A DNA stretch of 64,000 bases from Oscillospiraceae bacterium (GTDB lineage Bacteria > Bacillota > Clostridia > Saccharofermentanales > Saccharofermentanaceae), in NCBI GenBank assembly GCA_902782235.1, contig CACZML010000005.1:1091-65090 (forward strand). The letters are read 5' to 3'. Under the pieces are notes generated by a model. That model saw only the letters and a program-made list of their open reading frames with translations, was not told the DNA's origin and ran no database searches. The translations under genes and the position numbers were made by a program. Below, one piece after another: positions 10,022-19,547 of the stretch (positions within the stretch are counted from its first letter, which is position 1; each line of letters opens with the position of its first letter).

Positions 10022-10046
10022 AAAAGGCCCGGTGTGATTCCGGGCC
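10022..10046 (-). terminator. Intrinsic terminator after yajC
   Basis: Minus strand GGCCCGG-aatcaca-CCGGGCC-TTTTA. Confidence 0.8.
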
Positions 10047-10074
10047 GTATAATAAGCCGAAATTATAAGAAGGA

Positions 10075-10482
10075 TTACTCTTCTTCCTTCTTTTCCTTCT
10101 TCTTACCAAAGAAGCTGGGCTTCTCAGGCTCCTCAGTCTTCTTAACAGTTCCGTCGGGATTGAGGTTCTCACGCTTAACAACTGAGTTGATAGCACTCTT
10201 TGTGAATGTAACGAGTGTATTAGCTGCAGATGTTGAGATAGTAACCTGATCATCCTTGATGTTAGCTACGAAACCAACAAGACCGCCGATAGTAACAACT
10301 CTGTCGCCTACGGAAAGCTTGCTCATCTGTTCCTTGAGTTCCTTGTCCTTCTTACGCTGGGGTCTGATAAGGATAAGGTACATAATTACGAACATTACGA
10401 TAAGGATACCGAAGGATGCGATGGATCCCATAGCATCTCCGCCCATCAAGCCCGCATTGGTTGAGTCTGTGAAATTGATCAT
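10075..10482 (-). CDS. yajC: Preprotein translocase subunit YajC
   Basis: Single TM helix, then IRPQRKK and L..GDRVVTIGGLVG. Confidence 0.92.
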   Translation of the reverse strand: MINFTDSTNAGLMGGDAMGSIASFGILIVMFVIMYLILIRPQRKKDKELKEQMSKLSVGDRVVTIGGLVGFVANIKDDQVTISTSAANTLVTFTKSAINSVVKRENLNPDGTVKKTEEPEKPSFFGKKKEKKEEE

Positions 10483-10500
10483 TTATGTTTCCTCCAAAAA

Positions 10501-11286
10501 TTATTCGCCAATATACTGAGCTATTACATCAGACATTGTGTAATAACCCTTCTCTTTGCCAGCCATAAACTTGGCAGCTGTGAGAGCACCTTTTGCAAAG
10601 ACATCTCTTGTCTGAGCGCTGTGGCTGATCGTAACGATCTCTTCGTCACTGATGAACATTGCAGAATGTTCACCGACGATGTTACCGCCTCTGATGGATG
10701 AGATACCGATCTCATTCTTTGATCTTGCCTTGTTAACGCTGTGTCTGTCATAGACATACTCAACGTTATCATCGATCTCTTCCTTGATACCGTTAGCGAT
10801 CATGATAGCTGTACCGGAAGGAGCGTCGAGCTTTCTGTTGTGATGAGCTTCAACGATCTCGATGTCGAATTCAGGATAAAGTATCCTTGTTGCCTGCTTG
10901 CAGAGTTCAACCATCATGTTGATGCCGAGGCTCATATTAGCTGACTTAAATACAGGGATCGTCTCGGAAGCCTTAAGGATAGAAGCTACTGTCTCATCAG
11001 ACAAAGCTGTTGTGCAGCAGATAAAAGGCTTCTTGCGGTTAAGAGCGAATTCAAGGATCGTGGGAACAGCCTTGGCATTGGAGAAATCGATGATTACATC
11101 AAACTCCTCAGTGCATTCATTAAGGCTTGTATATACGGGGAAATCATAAGTATTATTCTCGATGATGTCGCCGCCTGCAACGATCTTATAGTCAGGGTTG
11201 TTGTAGCAGAGATTGGCAATAGCCTTTCCCATTCTTCCACAGCAACCATTAAGGAAAATCTTTACCATTTTGAATCCTACCTTCAA
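10501..11286 (-). CDS. dapB: 4-hydroxy-tetrahydrodipicolinate reductase
   Basis: GCCGRMG, IDFS, EAHHNRKLDAPSGTA and HSA motifs. Confidence 0.95.
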   Translation of the reverse strand: MKVGFKMVKIFLNGCCGRMGKAIANLCYNNPDYKIVAGGDIIENNTYDFPVYTSLNECTEEFDVIIDFSNAKAVPTILEFALNRKKPFICCTTALSDETVASILKASETIPVFKSANMSLGINMMVELCKQATRILYPEFDIEIVEAHHNRKLDAPSGTAIMIANGIKEEIDDNVEYVYDRHSVNKARSKNEIGISSIRGGNIVGEHSAMFISDEEIVTISHSAQTRDVFAKGALTAAKFMAGKEKGYYTMSDVIAQYIGE

Positions 11287-12210
11287 TTACTTTCCAAGAA
11301 AGCTGTTCATTGCAGAAGTATCGTACTGAGCGAGTACTTCAACAACCTTGTCGTGGTTAGCCTTGCTCATCTCGCAAAGAGGAAGTCTGCAAGGACCTGC
11401 GTTCCAGCCGAGGATATTCATAGCTTCCTTAACAGGAATCGGGTTAACTTCGCAGAACATAGCCTTAACGAGCGGAATGAAATCGATCTGAGCCTTTCTT
11501 GCAGCTTCAGTATTTCCATCGATGTAATCGTGGATCATCTTGGAAGTTGCCTTAGGCATGATGTTAGCGATTACGGAGATAACACCCTTAGCACCGAGTG
11601 AGAGCATAGGAACTGCAAGTCCGTCCTCACCGGAATAGAGAGCATATCTGTCACCGCAGAGGCTGTAGATCTCAGGTACCTGACCGAAGTTGCATTCCTT
11701 TACGCCAATGATGTTCTCATAGACGGAAAGTCTCTTTAAAAGCTCAGGTCCGATATTAACGTTTGTTCTTGAAGGAACGTTATAAAGGATAATGGGAAGC
11801 TCAGGAACTGCCTCAGCGATCTTGGCATAGTGACGGAAAAGACCTTCCTGTGTGCACTTGTTGTAATAAGGAGTTACAAGTAAAGCAGCATCAGCGCCGA
11901 GCTCATATGCCTTCTTAGTAAGTTCGATACCAAATGCAGTATCATTAGAACCTGTTCCTGCGATAACCGGAACACGTCCTGCAACTGTATCGACAGCGAA
12001 CTTGATAGCAGCTACATGCTCCTCTTCGGTCATGGTAGCAGCTTCGCCGGTCGATCCGCAAATAACGATGGAATCGATACCTTCAGCTATCTGGAATTCG
12101 ATAAGCTTCTTGAGCTCCTCAAAATTGATTCCGCCGTCTTCAAAAAACGGAGTAACGATAGCAACACCGGCACCAACAAATACAGGCTTGGACATATGAA
12201 TGCCTCCCAA
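11287..12210 (-). CDS. dapA: 4-hydroxy-tetrahydrodipicolinate synthase
   Basis: GSTGE, PYYNK, LYNVPSRT, GVKE and NPIPVK motifs. Confidence 0.95.
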   Translation of the reverse strand: MGGIHMSKPVFVGAGVAIVTPFFEDGGINFEELKKLIEFQIAEGIDSIVICGSTGEAATMTEEEHVAAIKFAVDTVAGRVPVIAGTGSNDTAFGIELTKKAYELGADAALLVTPYYNKCTQEGLFRHYAKIAEAVPELPIILYNVPSRTNVNIGPELLKRLSVYENIIGVKECNFGQVPEIYSLCGDRYALYSGEDGLAVPMLSLGAKGVISVIANIMPKATSKMIHDYIDGNTEAARKAQIDFIPLVKAMFCEVNPIPVKEAMNILGWNAGPCRLPLCEMSKANHDKVVEVLAQYDTSAMNSFLGK

Positions 12211-12263
12211 ATATATTCAAAAATCATGGTTAAAATGCAAGAAAGCGCATTCTGACTAGTGGA

Positions 12264-12293
12264 TTGTATCACCTTATATTATAAATAGTCAAT
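12264..12293 (-). promoter_or_regulatory. Sigma-A-like promoter of dapA-dapB-yajC
   Basis: Minus strand TTGACT-18 nt-TACAAT with TG just upstream of the -10. Confidence 0.6.
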
Positions 12294-12346
12294 TTATACT
12301 TCTGGGGTGTACATATGTACATCAGGAGCGTACATTTCGGGCGCTT

Positions 12347-14611
12347 TTAGCCGTCCTGAGGGTCATTGTCGAACGACATCGGATACTTTGTGTGATCGAA
12401 ATCCTCAATGAGTCTTTTGAACACTCCGTTAATCGCAGATTTATTGACCGCCTTTATAACAAAACTCATTCTGTAACGGCCCCTGAGCTCGTAAATGACA
12501 CACGGCATCGGACCATATACCTCAAACTGATACCTTTTATCCTGGAAACCCAGAAAGTCGTTAAGATACTTAGCTAATTCATTGGCTCTTCTGATAAGGA
12601 GATCCTCATCGGGCAAAGACAGGACGATCTCGCCTAACGCCTTATAAGGCGGGAGTTTTAATTTCTGTCTGTACTCTATCTCCTGATCGTAGAAAGCCCT
12701 GTAGTTCTGTGTGCATGCGAATTTGAACAGGGGCTGCTCCGGCCTATAGCTCTGGATAAATACTTTTCCGGGCGTATCTCCCCTTCCCGCTCTTCCTGCT
12801 GCCTGGGTAATAAGCTGGAAAGCTCTCTCGGAAGCCTTGAAAGATGAAGACGCAAGCATAAGATCTGCGCCAAGCACGCCTACGACAGTAACATCCGGGA
12901 AATCCAGGCCCTTTGCGATCATCTGCGTACCAATAAGAATCGAGGCTTCCTTGTTTGCAAACTTCTCGATTATCTCCTTATGAGCGCCGGGCGTCATTGT
13001 GGAATCCTGGTCCATTCTCAATACCTTCTCATGTGGGAAAGTACTGTGCAGGAATTCTTCGAGCTGCTGGGTTCCAAAACCCGCCTTGGTGAAGTGGTTG
13101 CTGTTGCAGAAAGAACACCTGGCTTCATAAGAAGGGATCGTATAACCGCAGTAATGGCATATGAGGCTCTGTGTACCATTGCGCCTGTTATTATGGAGCG
13201 TCATTGCAACAGAGCAGTTCTTGCAGGTAACCGGTTCTCCGCAGTCTTCACATACGAGAGTTCTCGAAAAGCCTCTTCTGTTAAGAAGCAGTATTACCTG
13301 TTTATTCTGGGAGAAAGCAACTGACATAGCCTGTCTGAGCGGAACAGATAACATGTCGCCGCTGCCGAGCTTTATCTGTTCCTTCATATCGACAGGGATT
13401 ATCTCAGGCAATGTTGCTTCAGATCTTGCCCTGTATTTAAGTTCGAGCATCTTATAAGCTCCAGCCTGTGCAGCATAAAAGCTCTCTATAGAAGGCGTTG
13501 CCGAACCAAGAACAACACTGCAGCCTGTGATCTTTGCTCTCATCCTTGCAATATCCCTTGCAGAATATCTCGGGTGGGATTCAGCTTTATACGAACCGTC
13601 GTGCTCCTCATCAAGGATTATCAGTCTCAGATTGACTGCCGGTGCAAAAACACCGCTTCTGGGGCCTACAATTACTCTGGCTTTTCCCGTTCTTATATTG
13701 TTCCATTGTTCATATCTTTGCTTATCCGTAAGCCTGCTGTGGAGAACAGCAACACTGTCGCCTAATCTTCCCTTGATCCAGTTGATCGTCTGGGGTGTAA
13801 GTGAGATCTCAGGAACCATGTAGATAACGCTTCCGCCCTCGCTTATTACCTTCTTGGCAATATTTAGATAGACCTCTGTCTTGCCGCTTCCTGTAATACC
13901 GAACAAAAGATAGGTGTTATCCTTCTTCGAATCTATTCCTTTAAGGATCTCATCTATAGCAATCTGCTGTTCATCGCTTAAGTCGTATTCTTCTGTGAAC
14001 TTTCCTTCAGGAATCTCATCCGGAATTGCAAGCCTTGGAACTTCATTATCAGAAGATTCCTTCAATAGTCTGATAAGCCCTTTATCTTCCAGCGCCTTGA
14101 CCTGGGCAGCAGAACATGAAAGCGACGACATGAGTTCTTTTCTGGTACACTTGCCGCGCTCTAAAAGATACTCAAGTATATTGATGTGGGCGGCAGATCT
14201 TAATATCTCACTGTCCAATACGTCCCTGGCAGTCTCAGCAGATACCAGCTCAACAAATACTTCCATTGGGTTCTTATGATTGACCACACAGGAAGGAACC
14301 ATCAGTTCGACGACATCACCTTTAGTACAATTGAATCTGTCTGAGATCTTATCGATAAGGGCTATCTGGTCAGGGTTAAGAACAGGCCTTGAGGATATGA
14401 AGGAAGCGATGTCTTTTATGCTTCCCTCATCACCTTCAAATGCTTCATTAATACCGACAATGACACCGCAGCGTTCAGCGTCACCTTTTCCGAAAGGCAC
14501 ATTAACCAGTGAACCGATATTTGCATCGGCTCTTAAATCTTCAGGCACACGATATGTATAAAGATTATCGGTCTGCCTGACGGCGCCTCTCAGGATAACG
14601 CTGCAGTACAT
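12347..14611 (-). CDS. priA: Primosomal protein N' (helicase)
   Basis: GITGSGKTEVY, PEISLT, DEEH, SATPS, two CxxC pairs, GTQMIAKGLDF and QAAGRAGR. Confidence 0.96.
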   Translation of the reverse strand: MYCSVILRGAVRQTDNLYTYRVPEDLRADANIGSLVNVPFGKGDAERCGVIVGINEAFEGDEGSIKDIASFISSRPVLNPDQIALIDKISDRFNCTKGDVVELMVPSCVVNHKNPMEVFVELVSAETARDVLDSEILRSAAHINILEYLLERGKCTRKELMSSLSCSAAQVKALEDKGLIRLLKESSDNEVPRLAIPDEIPEGKFTEEYDLSDEQQIAIDEILKGIDSKKDNTYLLFGITGSGKTEVYLNIAKKVISEGGSVIYMVPEISLTPQTINWIKGRLGDSVAVLHSRLTDKQRYEQWNNIRTGKARVIVGPRSGVFAPAVNLRLIILDEEHDGSYKAESHPRYSARDIARMRAKITGCSVVLGSATPSIESFYAAQAGAYKMLELKYRARSEATLPEIIPVDMKEQIKLGSGDMLSVPLRQAMSVAFSQNKQVILLLNRRGFSRTLVCEDCGEPVTCKNCSVAMTLHNNRRNGTQSLICHYCGYTIPSYEARCSFCNSNHFTKAGFGTQQLEEFLHSTFPHEKVLRMDQDSTMTPGAHKEIIEKFANKEASILIGTQMIAKGLDFPDVTVVGVLGADLMLASSSFKASERAFQLITQAAGRAGRGDTPGKVFIQSYRPEQPLFKFACTQNYRAFYDQEIEYRQKLKLPPYKALGEIVLSLPDEDLLIRRANELAKYLNDFLGFQDKRYQFEVYGPMPCVIYELRGRYRMSFVIKAVNKSAINGVFKRLIEDFDHTKYPMSFDNDPQDG

Positions 14612-14621
14612 GTAGCTTTCC

Positions 14622-17600
14622 TCACATCAGATCGAAAAGATTTATCTGGGCACTCTCGGGAAGGTCATCAAGAATACCGCCATAAGCTAAGAGCTTCTCG
14701 GTAACTGATTGACCTACACCGGTTCTCTTCATGAAGTCATCACGGTTCTTGAAAGGACCTGCTTCCCTTGCCTTCTCGATTGCTTCACCGTTTGCAGGTG
14801 AAACGGCGCTGATCGCACAGAAAGGAGGTCTGATCTTCTTCGGACCGGACTTCTTAAACTTCGTTCCCATGGAATCCTCAAGGGTAATGGGATCAAATGT
14901 AATTCCTCTGGCGTACATTTCCTCTACAAGCTCATAGAAATAGTACTTGAGCTTAGTATTCGGATCACCCTTGGCATGCATCTCATCAGCAAGTTCTATT
15001 CTTCTCTTCTTAACCTTTTCGGGGCCGTTGCACATGTCTTCCGCATTGAAAAGACCTTCTCCTCTGTTGGTAAAGAATGAGCAATAGTATTCCTCCGGAT
15101 AGTAGACCTTAAACCAGGCAACTCTCAATGTTGAGATTGCATAAGCTGCGGCATGCGCCTTAGGGAACATGTACTTGATCTTCTGGCAGGATTCGATATA
15201 CCAGTCAGGCACGCCGCAGTCTTTCATCTCCTTAACGTAGTCGGGCCATTTCTCAACCTTGCCGGCAGCAACTTTACCTTTACGTACACCTTCCATGATG
15301 TCAAATGCATCCTTATTGGGAAGTCCCCAGTAAATAAGGCTTGTCATGATGGAGTCACGGCATCCGATAACGGAATTAAGATCACATATGCCGTCCCTGA
15401 TAAGATCCTGTGCGTTGCCGGTCCATACGTCCGTACCGTGTGAAAGTCCCATGAGCTGTACAAGATCGTAGAACCTTGTAGGCTTAGTTTCCTTGATCAT
15501 GCCGCGGGCCATGTTTGTACCAAGCTCTGAAAGACCAAGCGTTGCTGAACCTGCATCAGTTGCATCTATAGGGAATCCCAAAGCATCCGTACCCGTAAGA
15601 AGGCTCATTACCTTCTCATCAGGAATCGGAATATCAGTTATGGTAACACCCGTAATATCACTTAACATTCTCAATACCGTAGGGTCTGCGTGACCTAAGA
15701 TATCGAGCTTTAAGATGGTATCGTGCATTGCACGGAAGTCGAAGTGCGTTGTAATTATTCCGCAGTCAGTCTTATTCGCCGGGAACTGGATAGGAGTAAA
15801 TTCATAAATATCCATTTCCTTGGCGATAACGACGATGCCGCCCGGGTGCTGGGATGTCGTACGCTTAACGCCGATGATGTCCCTTGCCATGAACGCAAGA
15901 TGAGCCTGTGTAAAGGGTTCGCCCTTCTCCTCACAGATCTTGCGGCATACACCATAAGCGTTCTTATCCTGGTAAGCACCGATCGTACCTGCCTTAAATG
16001 TATGTGTACCGCCGAAAAGCACGCCTACATAAGCATGAGCTCTCGGCTGGTATTCGCCTGAGAAGTTAAGATCGATATCTGGCTGCTTATCGCCTTTGAA
16101 TCCAAGGAATGTCTCGAAAGGAATATCCTGTCCGTCAGGTATCAACTTTTCGCCGCATTCAGGGCAGTTCTTAGGAGGCAGGTCGTAACCTGAACCGTAT
16201 TTACCTGAGTTATCGAACTCAGCGTAATTACACTTAGGGCATCTGTAATGCGGAGGCAGCGGGTTAACTTCGGAAATACCGCACATCGTAGCGGCAAACG
16301 AAGAACCTACCGAACCTCTGGAACCTACGACGTAACCGTCGTTATTTGACTTCTTAACAAGTCTGTACGCGATGTAGTACATGATCGCATAACCGTTACC
16401 GATAATGGATTCAAGCTCTCTGTCGAGTCTCGCCTTTACGACTTCATTAAGAACACCCTTATGGCGGTACATGCGGTTCGCTCTTGTGTAAGCAATATCT
16501 CTTACATCGGCAGCAGCTCTAGCGATCTGCGGAGGATAGGATCCGTCAGGGAAAGGCTTGATGCCGAAATCGATCATGTCTGCGATCTTATTGGTGTTGT
16601 CAACAACGACCTCCATCGCCTTTTCTTCACCAAGATACTTGAATTCCTCGAGCATCTCATCAGTGGTTCTGAAATACAGATCGGTCTGCATCTCAGCATC
16701 GCTAAATCCCATGCTCATGAGCATATACTTACGGTAACGTCCGTCTTCCTTATTTAAGAAATGGGAGTCCGTTGTCGCACAGCACATCATACCGTGATCA
16801 TCAGCGGTCTCGACGAGCAGTTCATTGATTACCTGAATATCATATTCATTCATTGCGACCGGTCCTGTATCAGACTTCGCAGGCTCCTGTCTTGTAATGA
16901 ACATGTTGTTGCAAAGAGGTTGGATCTCAACGTAATCATAGAGATTAAGGATCTTCTGGAACGTCTCGTCAGTCTTAAGAAACTCTCTTGTGGCATTTCT
17001 GTCCTTGCCAAGTTTCTTATATGACGAAATAACATATCTGTATATCTCGCCTCGCTCGCAGGCGCCACCGACGATAATACCGGACTTGAAATACTTCAAA
17101 AGGCTCTTTGGTGTTCTGGGTCGTCTTGAATAGTAATGAATCTGTGATTCAGAAACGATATGGTAAAGGTTATACAGACCCATATTAGAACGAACAAGAT
17201 ATATTATGTGATACAAAGGTGATTCAGCAAAAGCACCGTTCTTTTTTGTTGATTTGATCCTTTCCGGTGTATAGTGACCAACTGAATAATTGATCTTGAG
17301 AGCGTCAACGGTATTGGCATCCTTAAGGCATGCTACAAGAAGCGACGCTGACTTATAGCAGGCTGTGAACATCTCATCGAATTCATCACCTGCCGTACTG
17401 TAAACGAAGTCTGCGCCCTTAGCGGAAAGCAGGTCATCTACGTTCTTATATTCACCCTTGTAATAAGTCTCAAGAATATCCTCATCAGTCGTTGCAGGCA
17501 TGAGGAACTTATGCCTGTAGTAAACGTGATCTTCAATATTGATGCCGTATCCTGCACGGCGCAGGAAAGCCAATGTCGTAAAGGCATCAGGTCCTGTAAT

Positions 17601-19547
17601 ATAGGAATCGCCTATGAATTCCAAAAGCTCACCCATCGCGAAATAAGAATCACAGGGCTCGCCTGTTCCGGGATAAATAATATCCTCAAACTCAGCATGG
17701 AAATCCGCAACATGCTCAAAGACAAGTTCTTCAGGAACAATTTCATCTGAGCCGTCAGCATATTCACCTGTTATATCAAGATCAGCGTTGATTGTCTGAC
17801 CTAAAAGTTCGTGAGGTTCCAAAGGTTTTATAGAGATATTCTCATCACTGAGACTCTCAGGGATCTCATCGGGATTCCAAAGTGACTTATCGATATCGTG
17901 AGATGCGAATTCCATTGCATCCTGGTCTGATTCGCCCTCTTCTTCAGGCTTAACAGCCTTATATCCCTTAAGTCTGAACTTGGATGCGCAAACGGACGTA
18001 AATGTATCACGAAGCGCATCGTCACCGTTGCGGTTGATAACGACAGAAACAAATGAACCTACAGCCTTTGGCTTCTCAATAAAGTTCAAAGAAGCATCGT
18101 CATCCGCATCTGATGGCTTTATCTTATCGTTCTTAACATCGTAAGGCAGGTTATAGAAAACAGTCGGGCCGTCTTCAACAAGATAACCTTCACAACCAAG
18201 GATACATTTGATAGGAGCCTCTCCGGTGTCCTTACGCTTTTTATTTATACCTTTGGCAGCTTCGAAAACATGAGGGAACGCCTGAACTACGCCATGGTCA
18301 GTAACAGCGCATGCAGTATGGCCAAACTGAGCTGCTAGCTTGATAAGATCGGCAGGATCCGTTGTAGCGTCACTCTCGCTCATCTTGGTATGCACGTGAA
18401 GTTCAACTCTCTTGCGCTCTGCCTTATCCTTCCTCTTAGGAGGTTTTTCAGCGCTGAAGAATCCTGAGACTCTTAATGTCTTATCACCAGTAAATGAATC
18501 GTTCTCGACATTGCCCTGAATACCGATAAAGCCGCCTTTTCCGTATTCCTTCTGGAATCCGTCAGCTTCTTCGGGTTTTAAAAATGCAATACATGAAATA
18601 CCGTCAGTATCGTCAAGACACATGAACTTAACGATTACGCTCTTACCTGTTTTCGCAAGCTTAAAACTATCCTCATTAAATGAAATATCGCCGGCAATAT
18701 TTACATCGAAGCAGCCTACTGTGAGGTTTGCGATCTTCATGAATGTAGCCTGCTTCTTTACGCGGCCATATAACTGGTTCTCAGCATTCTCCTTGGATCT
18801 GTAGAAAGATTGCTTGTCTTCCTGCTTTGCTTCTTTTCTTGCGAGCTCAGCCTTGGCTGCCCAGGAATCCTTGCCTGCAGGCTTTGCATCAGGAACCTTG
18901 GCTTCATCAGCCTTCTTTTTCTTTGTTCCCTTCTTGCCCTGTTCTTCAACGGGTTCATCTTCAGGGAATTCAAGTCTTCCTTCCTCAATAGCTTTAAGGA
19001 TGTCGTCTTCAGCCGCCACGTCGCTTCCTGCAACATCAGGATCGTTTGTAATGATCTCATATTGGAATGAGATCTGGTCTGAAACGCAGATATGAATAGC
19101 ATTATTAACAGCGGAAATGAGATCTTTCCTGTCAGATTCACTGAGCATCATTGCCCAGCCTGACGGAATCTCAATATTTACGGTGCTGAAATCCTCACCG
19201 AAATTGAGGTTAATAAAATCAACCAGATCACTAATACCACCCTCGCTGTCGCGGGCGATGTAATGATTAACAAGGCCTCTGATATGGTCGTAGAGGCTTA
19301 AGAAATTACCTGAATTAACATCCTTGAATGTGAAGTTAACTTTTGTACCGAAATCATGCTCAAGTTCTTCAACAAGACTTACCAGACTCCTGTTATCCTT
19401 AATGGTCTCAACACCTTCAAGGATAATATTGATGGAAGCTTTAGCCTTGTAAATATCGACCTTGACTACCGTAAGGTCTAAAAGATCCTGATATCTGTCA
19501 TCACCTACATTGAAAAGTTCAAGTAGTCTTACGCTTTTCTTCTCCAA
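14622..19547 (-). CDS. polC: DNA polymerase III PolC (1641 aa, longer than usual; exonuclease domain degenerate)
   Basis: OB fold, PHP RVELHVH/TDHG, RGSVGSS, Zn ribbon HYRCPKC/CPECG, catalytic PDIDLNFS and KLDILGH, YMFPKAHA. Confidence 0.97.
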   Translation of the reverse strand: MEKKSVRLLELFNVGDDRYQDLLDLTVVKVDIYKAKASINIILEGVETIKDNRSLVSLVEELEHDFGTKVNFTFKDVNSGNFLSLYDHIRGLVNHYIARDSEGGISDLVDFINLNFGEDFSTVNIEIPSGWAMMLSESDRKDLISAVNNAIHICVSDQISFQYEIITNDPDVAGSDVAAEDDILKAIEEGRLEFPEDEPVEEQGKKGTKKKKADEAKVPDAKPAGKDSWAAKAELARKEAKQEDKQSFYRSKENAENQLYGRVKKQATFMKIANLTVGCFDVNIAGDISFNEDSFKLAKTGKSVIVKFMCLDDTDGISCIAFLKPEEADGFQKEYGKGGFIGIQGNVENDSFTGDKTLRVSGFFSAEKPPKRKDKAERKRVELHVHTKMSESDATTDPADLIKLAAQFGHTACAVTDHGVVQAFPHVFEAAKGINKKRKDTGEAPIKCILGCEGYLVEDGPTVFYNLPYDVKNDKIKPSDADDDASLNFIEKPKAVGSFVSVVINRNGDDALRDTFTSVCASKFRLKGYKAVKPEEEGESDQDAMEFASHDIDKSLWNPDEIPESLSDENISIKPLEPHELLGQTINADLDITGEYADGSDEIVPEELVFEHVADFHAEFEDIIYPGTGEPCDSYFAMGELLEFIGDSYITGPDAFTTLAFLRRAGYGINIEDHVYYRHKFLMPATTDEDILETYYKGEYKNVDDLLSAKGADFVYSTAGDEFDEMFTACYKSASLLVACLKDANTVDALKINYSVGHYTPERIKSTKKNGAFAESPLYHIIYLVRSNMGLYNLYHIVSESQIHYYSRRPRTPKSLLKYFKSGIIVGGACERGEIYRYVISSYKKLGKDRNATREFLKTDETFQKILNLYDYVEIQPLCNNMFITRQEPAKSDTGPVAMNEYDIQVINELLVETADDHGMMCCATTDSHFLNKEDGRYRKYMLMSMGFSDAEMQTDLYFRTTDEMLEEFKYLGEEKAMEVVVDNTNKIADMIDFGIKPFPDGSYPPQIARAAADVRDIAYTRANRMYRHKGVLNEVVKARLDRELESIIGNGYAIMYYIAYRLVKKSNNDGYVVGSRGSVGSSFAATMCGISEVNPLPPHYRCPKCNYAEFDNSGKYGSGYDLPPKNCPECGEKLIPDGQDIPFETFLGFKGDKQPDIDLNFSGEYQPRAHAYVGVLFGGTHTFKAGTIGAYQDKNAYGVCRKICEEKGEPFTQAHLAFMARDIIGVKRTTSQHPGGIVVIAKEMDIYEFTPIQFPANKTDCGIITTHFDFRAMHDTILKLDILGHADPTVLRMLSDITGVTITDIPIPDEKVMSLLTGTDALGFPIDATDAGSATLGLSELGTNMARGMIKETKPTRFYDLVQLMGLSHGTDVWTGNAQDLIRDGICDLNSVIGCRDSIMTSLIYWGLPNKDAFDIMEGVRKGKVAAGKVEKWPDYVKEMKDCGVPDWYIESCQKIKYMFPKAHAAAYAISTLRVAWFKVYYPEEYYCSFFTNRGEGLFNAEDMCNGPEKVKKRRIELADEMHAKGDPNTKLKYYFYELVEEMYARGITFDPITLEDSMGTKFKKSGPKKIRPPFCAISAVSPANGEAIEKAREAGPFKNRDDFMKRTGVGQSVTEKLLAYGGILDDLPESAQINLFDLM

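Noticed and set aside
17330-18060. Intein in PolC
   Set aside because: No intein block A/G signatures and no LAGLIDADG motif; the region aligns to a degenerate exonuclease domain.
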